Part shown: positions 50,157 through 63,265 of the stretch, piece after piece
Numbering within the stretch: the stretch's first letter is position 1
Layout of the letters: each line of letters starts with the position of its first letter
Assembly: GCF_006345805.1 (NCBI RefSeq)
Contig: NW_021833273.1
Span: 13,397-77,396 of the forward strand
DNA from: Octopus sinensis
Lineage: Eukaryota
Direction of reading: 5' to 3'
Length of the DNA: 64,000 nucleotides
Position numbers and translations under genes: made by a program
The notes under the pieces: model-generated
What the model was told of the DNA's origin: nothing
The model's database searches: none
What the model saw: only the letters and a program-made list of their open reading frames with translations

Positions 50157-51324
50157 ATGTATATATGTACATCATATGTGTGTGTGTGTGAATTGGTGTG
50201 TATCTGCAAGTATGCATGGTTGCCCGTCTGTGTGTGTATGTTTTATTGTAAGCAATTATCAAATGCTGGAATATTTGGCGATACATTGAAAAATAATCTG
50301 TGCCCCCGTGGTGCGCGAACCCATGTGACTCTCATTTAGATTATGGTAGAGGCTCCAAGACACACACACAACTGTGTACGTAAATAATTCTAGCTCTTGA
50401 ATGTTTTGTAATTATATGTGTGCGTATATCTAAGCCCTGTGTGCGTTTGTGGAGACAGAGAAAGAGAGAAATAGAAAGATAGATAGAGAGACAGAGAGAT
50501 GTAGGGAGAGATATGCACCGCCACAAATCTTAATCATACGTAAATACGCCCTTATATGTTATACAATTAGTCAGAGATACATGCGCGTTACGGAAATTAT
50601 CGTATGTATTTATAGACAAATAAGTGCGCGCGCGCGCACACACACATACACAAATACACACACACACATATATGTATATATAGATATGTATCCATTTGTA
50701 TATATGTACATGTAAACAAATATTTATGCACACACGCAAACACACAAACACGAACACACGTATGTTCATATGTATTTATGTGTGTGTATGTACACCTAAA
50801 AGGAGGTATACTCATGCAAATATATATCCTACTGCAATAAACACGCAATATAACAAAACAAACTATATATATATATATATGTATGTATATATGAGTGAGC
50901 AGGCAAGCGAAAGTAAAAGGCGCTCAAGACATTTAGCAGGAGTTACATGTGTTATTATTTTAAAAGTTTGATTCGGCTATCTGCGACTTAAGGTTTCGCA
51001 GGCCTCGTTTCAGAAACCTAGCTCGTTCAGGTTATATGTATACATACATACATACATACATACATACATGCATGTTTGTGTGGGGTGAGTGTAGGGAAGG
51101 GTTGGTGTATATGTAGACAAATTCGTGGAACTGTCTACAACTAAACACACATTTACAAATATACACACATGGTATTTATTAGACATGGAGTCGTATTTAC
51201 GTACATTGCAATATACAAGATAAACATATATAAACATATATACGTATAGGTATATGTATTTCTATATATATATGCAAAAGCGCAGACATACACACACGCA
51301 CTTACACAATTTACACACACAATT

Positions 51325-51377
<53 letters not shown>

Positions 51378-51999
51378 ACACATACATACACACACATGTA
51401 TATACTACATATGTAGAAATATGTGAGTGTGTTTGTTTGTGGCGTTGTTATCTAACTTCTACGTCGTTTTATCGATTTGAACTATTTGAGTTAATTTCGC
51501 AATTTATCCAGTACAACGCTTAAACAAGTAAATAGAATTTTCCTAAATAATAGATCCACTTATTTCGGTTAGTTACTTAGTCACGGATATACCAACACTA
51601 GCGCCGCTGAGGGTAATATTCTCTGCGAACGCACAAAAGCTTTTTTTCAGAGTTATTTACTTTGAATTGTTATTATCTCATATCTGATTAGCCTGCTATT
51701 ACGTGACATACTTCACGATTTTAGTACACATATTAGTATTTCCTCCTAAGTTCTATATACTCTGGGAACCTATTTAAGCCCTTTTCGGGGCTAATTTATT
51801 TGGATTCTTACTATCGGGTAATTAATTTCATGTTATTACATAACTGACTTCACAATTTGGGTATTCATAACTTATTGGGAACAGTTCGGTATTCTCAATA
51901 AATGCACAAAAACCGTTTTAAAGGCTACATACTTTGTATTGTTGTTATTGGATTAGCGAAACAATTATGAGAACGGAACCAAGGGATAAGCCCCGCTTT

Positions 52000-52027
52000 C
52001 CCGGGAATTACCGGGTACGTCAGCTAG
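52000..52027 (+). mobile_element. Helitron 3' terminus
   Basis: CCCGG-GAATTA-CCGGG hairpin, TACGTCAG, CTAG|T. The 5' end was not identified. Confidence 0.6.
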
Positions 52028-52031
52028 TATG

Positions 52032-52071
<40 letters not shown>

Positions 52072-52639
52072 AATAAGTACTTAAAATGATAAAGGAAAAG
52101 AAATGTTATGAATTTCATTAGCTTACAGATGTTTCTACTATAAAATGTAATGCTTGTGTATCACCCTCTGTCCTCGACTGGCACTTTTTTCTGGACAACA
52201 TGTACATTGAGTTCTAACACCAGTTTATAAATATCGCTATGCCTAAGCGAAAGAATAAAATAAATACATTTAGACAGAAACAACACCCTATTAATATGAG
52301 TAGTTACTCAATATTTTTGTTGAATACAAGTTTATTCTTGAACTGTGATATTGTTACCACTTAAGCCATCGTTGATAGCTTAACTGCCGAAACTTCGAGG
52401 TTTCTGAAAACAATATTCTTTTATATATACACATATATATCATTATTTAAAACAGTTTCATTTGGGTTCATGAGACTTAAAGTTTCGCGGCTTCTAACTG
52501 AAACCCGATTCATCAATGCTGAGATTACTTATTCGGTAATGTAAGTCTGGATGCACGCATCCTCCCACAAACTCACACGCACACGCACACGCACACACAC
52601 ACACGCACACACACACACGCACACACATACACACACACG

Positions 52640-52677
<38 letters not shown>

Positions 52678-52882
52678 AGCACACACATTCAACTACATAT
52701 CAGCATACTACAAGTGTAGTGTTTATATGTTTTTTTTTATTTCAGAACTAGCACAACGATCAGTTTAAGTATCTACTTCATAATGACCTATGGTTGAAAC
52801 GATCATCGTTACAATTTGCATATGTACACACAGCGCGCGCGCGTGTGTGAAAGTGTATACTTGTTCTACGTATGTATGTTTG

Positions 52883-53545
52883 TATTCTTTTATTCTTTTA
52901 CTCGTTTCAGTCATTTGACTGCGGCTATGCTGGAGCACCGCCTTTAGTCGAATAAATCGAGCCGAGAACTTATTCTTTGTAAGACTATACCTATTCTATC
53001 AGGTTCTTTTGCCAAACCGCTAAGTTACGGGGACGTAAACACACCAACATCGGTGTCATGCGATGGTGGTGGTGGTGGGGGGGCAAACACATACACACAA
53101 ATACAAACTTTCATATATATATATATATTATTTCGTCTGCCGTAAGGCATTATTTTTTAAATACGCCAGCTAAGTTGAACTGTCTAAAGTCGAAAGACGC
53201 CTGTTGTTTTTGTCCGGTTATTGTTATTATTATTGTTTTTTGTATTTATATTCGTATTACTTTTTGTTTTTTGTATTTATATTCGTGTAACATCGTCCGT
53301 TTTTCTGTCCTTGTTTCGTATACATTCGATCCTTTTTCCAAGAAATCTATTGCTCGTAGCTTAGTTTTTCCTTGGGGCTGGCCAGATCGGAGCAATCTCA
53401 AGATTAATCAGCCGAAATTGTGAGGATGATCCGGTTCTTGACTGAAGATTAGAGGCTTCGAATGACCCGTCCGTTTTTTGTATCGTCTATTTGAATGTTT
53501 TGCGTTCTTGTCCCATTTTGTATTTTTATATATATATTTTTATAC

Positions 53546-53579
<34 letters not shown>

Positions 53580-53743
53580 CAACAGGCTTCTTTCAGTTTC
53601 TCTCTACCAAATCCACTCACAAGGTTTTGGTTGGCCCGAGGCTATAGTAGAACACACTTGCGAAAGGTGCCACGCAGTGGGATTGAACCTGGAACCATGT
53701 GGTTGGAAGGCAAGATCCTTGCCATACAGCCACACCTGCGCCT
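52883..53743 (-). mobile_element. SINE family A split by an insertion in its internal microsatellite
   Basis: 3' half at 52883-53110, 5' half at 53581-53743 (AGGCGCAGGTGTGGCTGTATGG head). Confidence 0.9.
53129..53530 (+). repeat. Unclassified T-rich ~400-bp element nested in SINE A
   Basis: Non-SINE sequence between TA runs. It carries an internal 20-bp duplication TTTTTTGTATTTATATTCGT and resembles 26740-27190. Confidence 0.55.
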
Positions 53744-54229
53744 GTATTCATGTGTAAGCTCAGAATTGGTAAATTCTTGGAACCCTTTCATCGATGTTTC
53801 TCGCGAGATTTCCTCCATAACGGGTTTACCATAGTCTGAAAGATAGTCATAGGCATAAATACAAATTTATTCATCATAACTAAAACTGCATTAAAAAGAA
53901 TCACTTTCCATACATGTATTTTAGAGAAATGATGCTGACATCATAAATACGCTACATACAATTTGCACGTGACTAGATACAAGTATAATGTGGTCAGCGT
54001 ATGACAACTGAATAGAGAAATGTATAACACGTTTTCTAATGCGTGTTTTTTCTCGACATCCCATCAAATCTGTATGTATTATAGTCTAATCATATTTCTG
54101 TATGTTTGCGAACACTGTTGCTTATGAGTTGTCTGGCCGATTCCCTTCATCAAATGTCTGAAAATCAATAACATGAAAAGAATTTCATCTGCAGCAAAGC
54201 ATCATCAAAAAGTTTCTGAAACACTAGAA

Positions 54230-55055
54230 CTCAAGAACAGAAGGAAGAACATCGGGGCAAAGAGCTGGAAAGGAAAGGAATTACATGGCCAATTTCAGCA
54301 ACAAACCACAGATGTTAGAAGCAAAGGATGCTGATTGTTTCTCACAGATAGAAACCTGAAAGGAAAAAACTGCATCTCTAATTATAGCCACTCAAGAACA
54401 AGTTGTTAGGACGATTCTGATCAAGACCAACAGAACTCAGTCAGAGAACAAACACAGAATCCTCAGGAAAGGAGAAGAAAGTATTAGCTATCTCTTGAGT
54501 GAAAGCTAATACGCTAGCAGTAAGCTGGTGTAAAAAGAATATAAGTGTATCTCTGACTAGCAATAAGCTAGTGTAAAAAGAGTATAATCATATCTCTGAC
54601 AGTATTGGTAAAAGAGTGCAATGGGATGTTAGCCGAGTGTGTGGATTGAATGTAGCAGAAAAGTGGTATGAACATGATCCGTAAAGCTGTGATAGCGAAT
54701 GATAATTATAGGATTTTATGGGATTACTACGTAAAGATTGACCATATCATTGAAACACGATAACCTGACATGATGGTAGAGACGAAAAAAAAAAGTGTAA
54801 GATCATAGACTTTGCAATATCATATGATAACGGAGTGAATACCACAGAAATTGTAAAAATTTGAGAGATGAAAAGATTGCGTAAAATAAAGATGACAATT
54901 CCTCCTGTGGTAATTGGTGTTCTCAGCACAGTACCCAAAATGCTACATAAAAGGCTGAAGGATATTGGCCCTGCTTAGAAGTGCCATTTTGTATTCCACA
55001 AGAATTCTAAAAAAGGTTCTCGAGGTTTGAAGAGACTTGTCACTAAACCTCAGGA
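54230..55055 (+). mobile_element. R4/Dong-like RLE LINE 3' fragment, decayed
   Basis: KELHGQFQQQ, LIIATQEQVVRT, KWYEHDP, ILWDY, PDMMV, KIIDFAI, VVIGVLSTVP, RILKKVLEV*. A 43-bp internal duplication lies at 54514-54599. Confidence 0.82.
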
Positions 55056-55112
55056 TAATAACCCTACAAACTAAAATAGTTTGCAATATGTTTATATATT
55101 CACACACACACA

Positions 55113-55161
<49 letters not shown>

Positions 55162-55167
55162 CACACA

Positions 55168-55203
<36 letters not shown>

Positions 55204-55313
55204 GTGCATTGCTGCTTCTCTTGTATCGTTGGTTCTTTTGTAGAAAAATCCACACTCATTCAAGTTGCAGATTTTCAGCAAGAAGGCTTATGGAATTGGA
55301 AAAAATAACAGCA

Positions 55314-55378
<65 letters not shown>

Positions 55379-56550
55379 GTCTATTTACCTGTCTGCCTGT
55401 CAATTACTTTTCATTTCTCTATCTCTATATGAATCATTGTTTTTCATTTATTATTTCTTTCTTCTTTACTTTCTCTCTTTCTTTCTTCCTTTCTTTCCTT
55501 CTTTCTTTGTTTCTTTTGTACCCATCGCCATGTATCTCACCATTTCTTGATTCTTAGTCTCCCTTCATTTTCCCCTTCTAAGCCCTTTCTGTCTATCTTT
55601 CTGTCTCCCTCTTTGTTGGACTAAATAATTTTTTTTTTTTGCTGTTGCCCCCTCTGTCACTCACACTCACGCACATACATTCTCATTCACGGAGTTCGAG
55701 TTTACACCATCAGTTCAGTTCCCCTCTCCTCACCCATGCACCATATCCCCGTGCCCGACGCCCCCCCCCCTGTGGCCCTCCACGCCCCCACAAACCTAGA
55801 CACTCAAACATTACACATACCCAAACACACTAACACATTGTCACACACATCCAAACACACCTACACTCTCCACATAGTAAACCCATCCACACAGTACCTT
55901 ACCCCTCATCACTTCCTACAAATGCCAGAAACACCACCGCCCCCCCACCTCTTTGCCTAAGTCTGTCTCCTAATGTGTTAACCATTGCCGTACTTCTTGG
56001 ATGTTGCCGATGATATGCATGACTTGGGTTCCACTGCTTGGGTACCGTCGGTAATATACCTACTCTGGTTGTGTGTGTCTGTGTATGTGTGCGCGCGTGT
56101 GTATGTGTATGTGTCAGCTTCTGTGCATGTGATAAATCGTATATGCGTTTAATATTTATGTATGTATGTATGTTTGTGCTCATGTGTATACGTTACTCTT
56201 TGTATGTGAATTGTAATACATATGTTTATACACACACACACATACACACACATACACACACACATTCATTTAAGTTACAATATATGGATTCAAGTAATCC
56301 GGTAGTACTCATAAAAAAAGACTCCTTAAAGTATCATCGTACAAATCATATAGACTATATAGTAATACACACGAGAGATATTTTGCATTTTGCATTAATG
56401 CACGCATGTAAGTAATTTATTTATTATTAAATATCATATTTTTAGTTATTTGTATGTTTTTAAGTTACGAAACAAATTTGTCATGATCTTAGGATTTTTC
56501 TTATTGTCAAAGTTCATCTGAATATTTCTGTCATTTATGACTTTATATGT

Positions 56551-56958
56551 GTATTCTTTCTTTAGTCATTTGACTGTGGCCATGCTGGAGCACCGCCTTT
56601 AGTCGAGCAAATCGACCTCAGAACTTATTCTTTGTAAGCCTAATACTTATTCTGTCGGTCTGTTTTGCCGAATCGCTAAGTTACGGGGACGTAAACACAC
56701 CAGCATCGGTTGTCAAGCGATGTTAAAGGGGCAAACAGACACACAAAGATATACATACATACATACATACATACACAAACACACGCACACACATACACAC
56801 GCACACACACATACAGATATATATATATATATTTATATATATATATGCGAGGCTATAATAGAAGACACTTGCCTGCCCATGGTGTCACGCAGTGGGACGG
56901 AACCCGGAACTATGTGGTTGGTAAACAAGATACTTACCACACAGCCACTCCTGCGTCT
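56551..56958 (-). mobile_element. SINE family A, full length
   Basis: Head AGACGCAGGAGTGGCTGTGTGGTAAG, tail CCAGCATGGCCACAGTCAAATGACT. One body segment is deleted next to the microsatellite. Confidence 0.92.
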
Positions 56959-56964
56959 GTGTGT

Positions 56965-57445
56965 GAGGTTTTTCTGGACTTGTACACTCACACCGGTTGG
57001 GCAGCTGACCTTTACAACAGTGCATGACCTTTGTTCCCTGTCCCACAGAACAAAATCAGGTCTTATGTTTTCACCGAATTGCTATTTTCATTGGAGTGTT
57101 CAACCAGTATTCATTACTTTTAAGGTGTTGAATACCTGCTAGTTCTGACATGCCTTTGATATATACGTCAGGGCAGTCCTTCCTGCGGATAGCATTGTAA
57201 ACAGTCTTTGTAACTATATCATGCCTCTGGGCAGGTAATATCTTTTACATATTTTTGGGCAGCTGCTGATGCTGTGAGTGATATCTTCCACACTGGTATA
57301 GCAGAACCGACATTTTCAGTTACAACACGGTTGATGGTTTCTTTGTCCTTATTTATCAGGTATTTAGTAAGTAACTCCTCTTTCTCGAATAGCGACGGCA
57401 TATGCTTCTCGGTGAGATGTAATATATCTATCGCAGGTCCAGGAG
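56965..57445 (-). mobile_element. RLE LINE fragment (CCHC + RLE), 3' part cut by SINE A
   Basis: CRFCYTSVEDITHSISSCP (CCHC), RHDIVTKTVYNAI, EYWLNTP, RPDFVLWDREQRSCTVVKVSCP. Confidence 0.85.
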
Positions 57446-57906
57446 AGGCGACTCTATGTATGTATGTATGTATGTATGTATGTATGTATGTATGTATGTA
57501 TGTATGTATGTAGTATGTATGTATGTATGTATGCATGCATGCATGTATGTATGTATGTATTATATATGTATGTATGTATGAATGTATGTATGTATGTGTG
57601 TGTGCGTGCGTGCGTGCGTGCGTGTGTGTGTGTGTGTGTGTGTACAGAAAATTACATCTGAAACACGGGTGTTAGTGAACTGGTGGCACGCAGACATATC
57701 GGTGGGACTGGAATGATCTGTCCTCTACACTCTTTACAGACAAACCAGTCAAGTTTCGTCGAAGTCTACCTCACCTGTCGGGTGGGTACTCCAATAATGG
57801 CCGCTGACATTGGGGGCACTGTGGGTAATTTCGGCTTATAACACTGCTCATAGAAGACTGAGATATTTGGGACTCTATCTTCATAGTTATATTAATGAAT
57901 AACGCT

Positions 57907-57955
<49 letters not shown>

Positions 57956-58034
57956 GCTATTGCGATTTTCTTGTTTTTGTAACTTTAGCTACGGTACTTA
58001 CCTCTACGTAGCCATCACTGCAGTAGTAGTAGTC

Positions 58035-58092
<58 letters not shown>
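57907..58092. repeat. Inverted microsatellite pair (CTA)n...(TAG)n around a 62-nt spacer
   Basis: CTACTGC (to 57957) pairs with GCAGTAG (from 58020). An inner GCTACG/CGTAGC stem is also present. Confidence 0.85.
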
Positions 58093-58103
<11 letters not shown>

Positions 58104-58117
58104 GTAGTGACGGTGTA

Positions 58118-58499
58118 TCTCTCTCTATATAAACGGCAGTTTGTCTGTGCGTGTTTCTGTGTGTCTGTTTTCTCGTACCCTCACCCTGACCACGGCTTTC
58201 AACCGATTCTGATGAAACTTGACACACACATAGCCCAATGTCATAATTCAAAACTAACGCAGCGAAAATTTTGAAAGTTCCCCCAGTTCTGAAAAAAATC
58301 GATAAATTCGACATGGGGTCGAGAATCAAAAAAAACAAACCACAGACTGTCTAGGGGACGCAACTCAACCTTTTTTTACTCTCAAAAAAAATTTACCATC
58401 ATTTTTCTCCATTTTTTTTGCTATTTTTGGCTATACTCTCTAAAAATGTTTTATAGTTATTTCCTTACAAACCTGAGCAACGCCGGGCGATACTGCTAG
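58118..58499 (+). mobile_element. Non-autonomous Helitron with both termini
   Basis: A|TCTCTCTCTATATAAA 5' end, CAACCGATTCTGATGAAACTTG internal motif, 3' hairpin CCTGAGCAACGCCGGG + CGATACTG + CTAG|T. A|T target, no target-site duplication. Confidence 0.85.
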
Positions 58500-59007
58500 T
58501 GTGATATAAATCCCCTGAGAGAGAGAGAGGAAGAGGTAGAAATACGTGAAACTGTCGTCGATGTGGTTTATTTTCTTCCACTTCGCTTCGATCCGGTTCC
58601 ATCCAGTTCTTGGTTCTGCTCTGTTCCACACTCCCGACTCTTTACACTATTCCACCAAAATTTCCACCCCTCTACACCTAATCAACCAATCAACCATGTA
58701 ATGAACTGCAGCTGTGCAGTTTAATGCATCTCTGAACATCCCTGAACTTGCAGTAAACATTGGAAAGCAAAGACGGAGTGAGCGGCGGCGGTGATGGGGG
58801 GTAGAGTGGGTGAGAGAGTAATTCTTAGAAACGAAACAAAATACAGCTTTCATCTGTTTGTTTTAGTGGTAGTAGTGGTGGTGGTGGTGATGGTAATGGT
58901 TGTAGTAGTAATAGCTAGGGTGGCAGTGATGGCAGTTGTAGTGGTATAGTTGCGGCAGCAACAGCATGTGTAGTAGTAGTAGTAGCAGTAGCAGCAGCAG
59001 CAGCAAC

Positions 59008-59055
<48 letters not shown>

Positions 59056-59210
59056 TGTAGTAGTAGTAGTAGTTGTTGTTGTAGTAGTAGTTAAAAAATG
59101 ATAAGTAGTGTAGTTGTTGGGGTGGACTACGGGAGTGGGTTTGAGGATGTGGAGTAAGAGATATACAGAAAGCTACAAATATCACTATTGCTCAATATTA
59201 TAGTGGCAGT

Positions 59211-59400
59211 TAAGGCAGCGAGCTGGCAGAGGCGTTAGCTTACCGGTCAAAATGCATAGCGGCGTTTCGTCCGTCCTTACATTCTCAGTTCAAATTCCGC
59301 CGAGGTCGACTTTGTCTTTCATCCTTTTGGCTCGTTGAAATAAGTGCCAGTTGAGTATTGGGCATGACGTTATCGACTAGCCTCCTCCTCCGAAGTTGAG
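59211..59400 (+). mobile_element. SINE family B
   Basis: AAGGCAGCGAGCTGGCAGAGGCGTTAGC...GTTCAAATTCCGCCGAGGTCGACTTTG...AAATAAGTGCCAGTTGAG. Confidence 0.88.
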
Positions 59401-59409
59401 GTCTTGTAG

Positions 59410-59645
59410 GGAGGACATTCGGTGAAAACGACCGGATCTGTGGATCGCGAAGAATTGGATTCTTTAAAACAACAATGCACCCTGTCACCGAGTTCTCCTC
59501 ATTCGTGAGTTTCTCGCCAAAAACAACATGGTATCACTTCTGCATCTGCCCGATTTGCCAGATTTAGCATCTGCAGACTTCCCCCTCTTCCCCAAAATGA
59601 AAATGTGGCTCAAAAGTTGCCGTTTTAACACCATCGTCGACACCG
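59410..59645 (+). pseudogene. Mariner transposase C-terminal fragment
   Basis: KRPDLW.AKNWIL*NNNAPCH...REFLAKNNM..L.HLPDLPDLASADFPLFPKMK..LK..RF (degenerate HDNAPAH and HPPYSPDLAPSDF). Confidence 0.75.
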
Positions 59646-59977
59646 TTTTAACACCATTGTCATTTTTGTTTTCATATTTGTTTTCTACATACTTGTTAAT
59701 ACCCATCAGGCTGGTTTATTATTCTTTTGTTCCTGGGTGAAGATCTTTATACTGGCCGGATAATGTAGTCCCTAAATGCACTGCATCTGAATAATAACCA
59801 CATGGGATGGTCATGACTTGAGTGACTGTGATCGTAGGTGTGATGTGTTTCATTAGTGCTGACCTAGGGTTAAACAGCAATGTAGATCACGATCCCAAAC
59901 ATAACACCTTCTCGTCCTCAACACACAGTTACACTGTCGTCAATGCCACCGCCACCACCACCACTACCACCACCACC

Positions 59978-60028
<51 letters not shown>

Positions 60029-61122
60029 AGCAGCAAATTTCCTTTACTCCCCTCCTGGTATCACCACAACCATAACTGAAATTTCCTCCCCTCTTCACAT
60101 GCCCAACATCACTCCATGACCACGACCACGAACAAAACGACGACGACCACGAACAAAACGACGACGACAACCACCACCACCACCAACAACAACGATTTTC
60201 TTCCTCCTATACACCCCCAACAACCCACCAACACTGCCGTCTATCCCCCGCCCCAATGACATCTTCGCAACTAATCTATCCAACACAGATCGTCGTCTTT
60301 AACTCGTCATTGGTTTAACTCCTCCATTGTGGTTTCGTGTAAGTGAATGACTGGGATAGGAGGACAGTTAATGGTGCATTTTGGTAGCGGGGAAGGCGGT
60401 ATCGTAGTGTCATGGGAAGGAGTAGAAGTGGGTGGGTGTATGTGTTGTTGGTGGAAATGATGTTGCTGCGGATGTCACGATAGGGTTGTCGTTGTTGTGA
60501 TGTGTAAAGTTGTTATTTAACCCCAGGTCAGCAAGGATCCAATATACGAGATGTTGATGGTTAGAAAACCATAACCATCCGGTCTTTTATACAACCTTTA
60601 TATAGCGAGGTATATGAGTTACTTCCCTTAGCTGAGTTTTGTTTAATTTTTTGCAAATCTCCGTTGTCATAAATGCATTCTACCCCTTTTCTTTATCCTT
60701 AATTGCTGAAGATAGGTTAGTATAAATGCCACGCTAATGACGTCTATTGAAGCAGGAACATGTGTCCTCGACTGTCCTCTTATTTTCATTTAGTGTTCCT
60801 ATCATTTTCCCCAATGGCACGTCAACTTTGGAGAATTCTTGGCTCTTGAGATTATCTCCCCTTCTTACGTGGCGCTGTCTTAGGAGGAGATAGTTTAATA
60901 AATCAAGAAGAAAAGAAAAGAAAGAAGATGGAATTTGGTCAGTGTAGCATTTTTACAGCCCTAGGTTCCCTATTTCTAGCCATCAGCCGCAGGTTATTGT
61001 TTTCTTTTGCCATGGGTGAATAGTATTGACATCCAGTAAAGAAATTTGATAGCCCACAAACTTGTCTTATCAATTTGTGATACATGATATATGTGTATAC
61101 ATACGTGCATACATGCATATAC

Positions 61123-61153
<31 letters not shown>

Positions 61154-61209
61154 CTATATATATATATATATATATACTTTATTTTAAGCAGCAGAAAATT
61201 CAACAAAAT

Positions 61210-61247
61210 CTGTTACTCTGAGTTTCTCGTTGCCGTTCATCAGACAG
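61210..61247 (-). ncRNA. Compact type I hammerhead, core intact, first pair of helix II mismatched
   Basis: CTGT-CTGATGA-ACG-GCAA-CGA-GAAAC-T-CAG-A-GTA-ACAG. It lies in an ~80-bp repeat (61185-61265) homologous to 63271-63350. Confidence 0.65.
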
Positions 61248-62282
61248 TTTTTGCTAGAATGGAACTTATATATAATTCAATCTATACTCTTACAAACGCT
61301 ACACCTTTAAAAAGAAATGGACTTGTTTGATTGGCCCTTTAGAAAAAAACGGTCAATCTTCGAGCGATAAACAAAAAGGTCAAAAATATATGTATATATA
61401 TATAAAAAAACTTATAAAAATTATAAAAATTATAAAATCCGAGGAAAAAAACGAGGAAAAAACCTATTGCCGTTAATGAAGACAGTACAAATTAATGCAT
61501 AGAAATTAAACCTGTTATAAATACTGCAATACATATTTATATTAAAATCCACATATATATATCAACATACACAAAAGGATGCGCGTAAACGCCATACATA
61601 CATATACAGACGTATGAATATGAATCTAAATTATACACATAAAAGCATGTGTACATATATTCACGCAAAACGTCGTCTCGCACGCAAGCTAAAATTCATC
61701 TATGTAGCCAATTCTCATATACTGAGCAAGGAGGGGGAACGAAAGAAAGGGAAAGAGAGAAAAAAGGAACGAAAGAGGGGGGGGGGGGAACTTGTAGCGA
61801 TGTTATTGGCATATAGAGGCAGTACAGTATACATACACAAGTTTGAATTGATACATATACATACCGTCGTGTGTATGCGTGCTAAGCACAAGCATACTTT
61901 CACTTACACATACACAGATACGCATGCTTACAAATACATATGCTTTGCTATACATATACTTATATAAACATTCTAATTTTGACAAATTGCTTTTTTTTAA
62001 AAAAACATTGCTTTTAAAAATGGGTGCATTAATAAAAATATATACGAAAGACATATAATAAAATATAACATCCTATTTTGGGGTCATTTATAAATAATCA
62101 AGGTAATATAAATAATCAAGGTAATCCTATGCAATACAATAACATGAAAAAAAAGTTTGTAGGTTTTTCCTAATATATATGTAGAAACAATAAGACTTTG
62201 CTATAGATCCGTCGTAGCGCTTAGAGTCAAAATCAAAATCAAAAATCAAAATACAAAATATATACTCTATCCATATGGTATA

Positions 62283-63158
62283 TTATATTCGACATTTTAA
62301 ATTTAGCCGCGTGCCTACATAAGTTCATTAACTCACTTTTGATTCAAAGAATTATTGTCTTTGAATAAGATGTGCATTTTCTCTAATAAGCAAAGCTTGC
62401 ACTTGAAATTATATTTGTAAGCTCCATGCCTGTATGGTGCCGCCCTGTCCAGAATGCTCCATGTCACGTTGAAAGGTGGGGCTCCTTTTCTTTTAGTTCC
62501 CAGACATATTTTGCTAGGCTGGTTTTCTTCCTATTCTCTGGGTATTTAAAAGAATTCTTTGAGAATAAAATCTTGTTTTAAAGAATTTCTGAAGCCCCTG
62601 TTATGTCTTATATTCCGATGAGCCTTCCACTTGCACCTTGGCTCTATAAACTACTCCTTTCACTAGACATTTCCCTTCTAACGGACAGGAGCTTTCGTTT
62701 TTGAAATTACATTTCTTAATAGGCTCGGCACCATGTCTAATCTCAATTAGCTTCCTATTATGTTGGCTAATGTAAGAGGCGAAATTTCTGCAACAAGAAT
62801 AGCTAACCTTCAGGGTTCTTCTATTAAATATTCTGTAGAAGAATTTTGACCCTGCTTAAAATGCTTAGAGACTAATCTCAAAAATTCCTTACCTATATTA
62901 GTCTTTACGGCCAAATTGAAAGCCGGGTTGAACCACAAAACTTTCCTGGTCCTAGTTCTTCGTGCAGCATTATTATTAGCATTAAGCTGGTTGAACTGGA
63001 TCTTCTCGAGAATCCACTATTCTTTAATGCGCTATCGTAATAAGGTGCAGAATATGGAATGTGCCTCGTCCGAAGAAATTGAAGATATTCTTCTACCTAC
63101 ATTGCTGACTAAGTTGCTAAGGATAACTGGTGGATGGTTCGAATCTTTGCTGCGAATA
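62283..63158 (-). pseudogene. Penelope-like element 3' portion (RT C-terminus, linker, GIY-YIG)
   Basis: SNHPPVILSNLVSNVGRRISSISSDE, RKVLWFNPAFNLAVKTNIGKEFL, LKVSYSC, SCPLEGKCLV..VVYRAKV, TSLAKYVWELK, WSILDRAAPY, CKLCLLEK, ELMNLCRH. The 5' end abuts (TA)n. Confidence 0.92.
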
Positions 63159-63265
63159 CATATATATATATATATATAATATATATATATATACCGGAGC
63201 AAGTACATACATGTGAAACAAGGTGGAAAAAAGGAGAACTCAAATACCAGAGGTAGAGTAATATG

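Noticed and set aside
53436-53475. CTGAAGA...GAAT...GTC in the nested insert
   Set aside because: No helix II or GAAA core.
56000-56055. CCGATGA...GTC near a C/A-rich module
   Set aside because: No GAAAC and no consistent helix I.
59800-60590. Inverted pair of short repeats (about 59800-59880 + and 60510-60590 -) suggesting TIRs of one element
   Set aside because: The arms align only at their ends (GCTGACCT.GGGTTAAA, GGATGGT.ATG) and look like two independent short retroposon tails in opposite orientation around low-complexity DNA.
60700-60770. CTGAAGA-TAGG...CTAT-TGAAG
   Set aside because: GAAA is absent and helices I and III cannot be formed.
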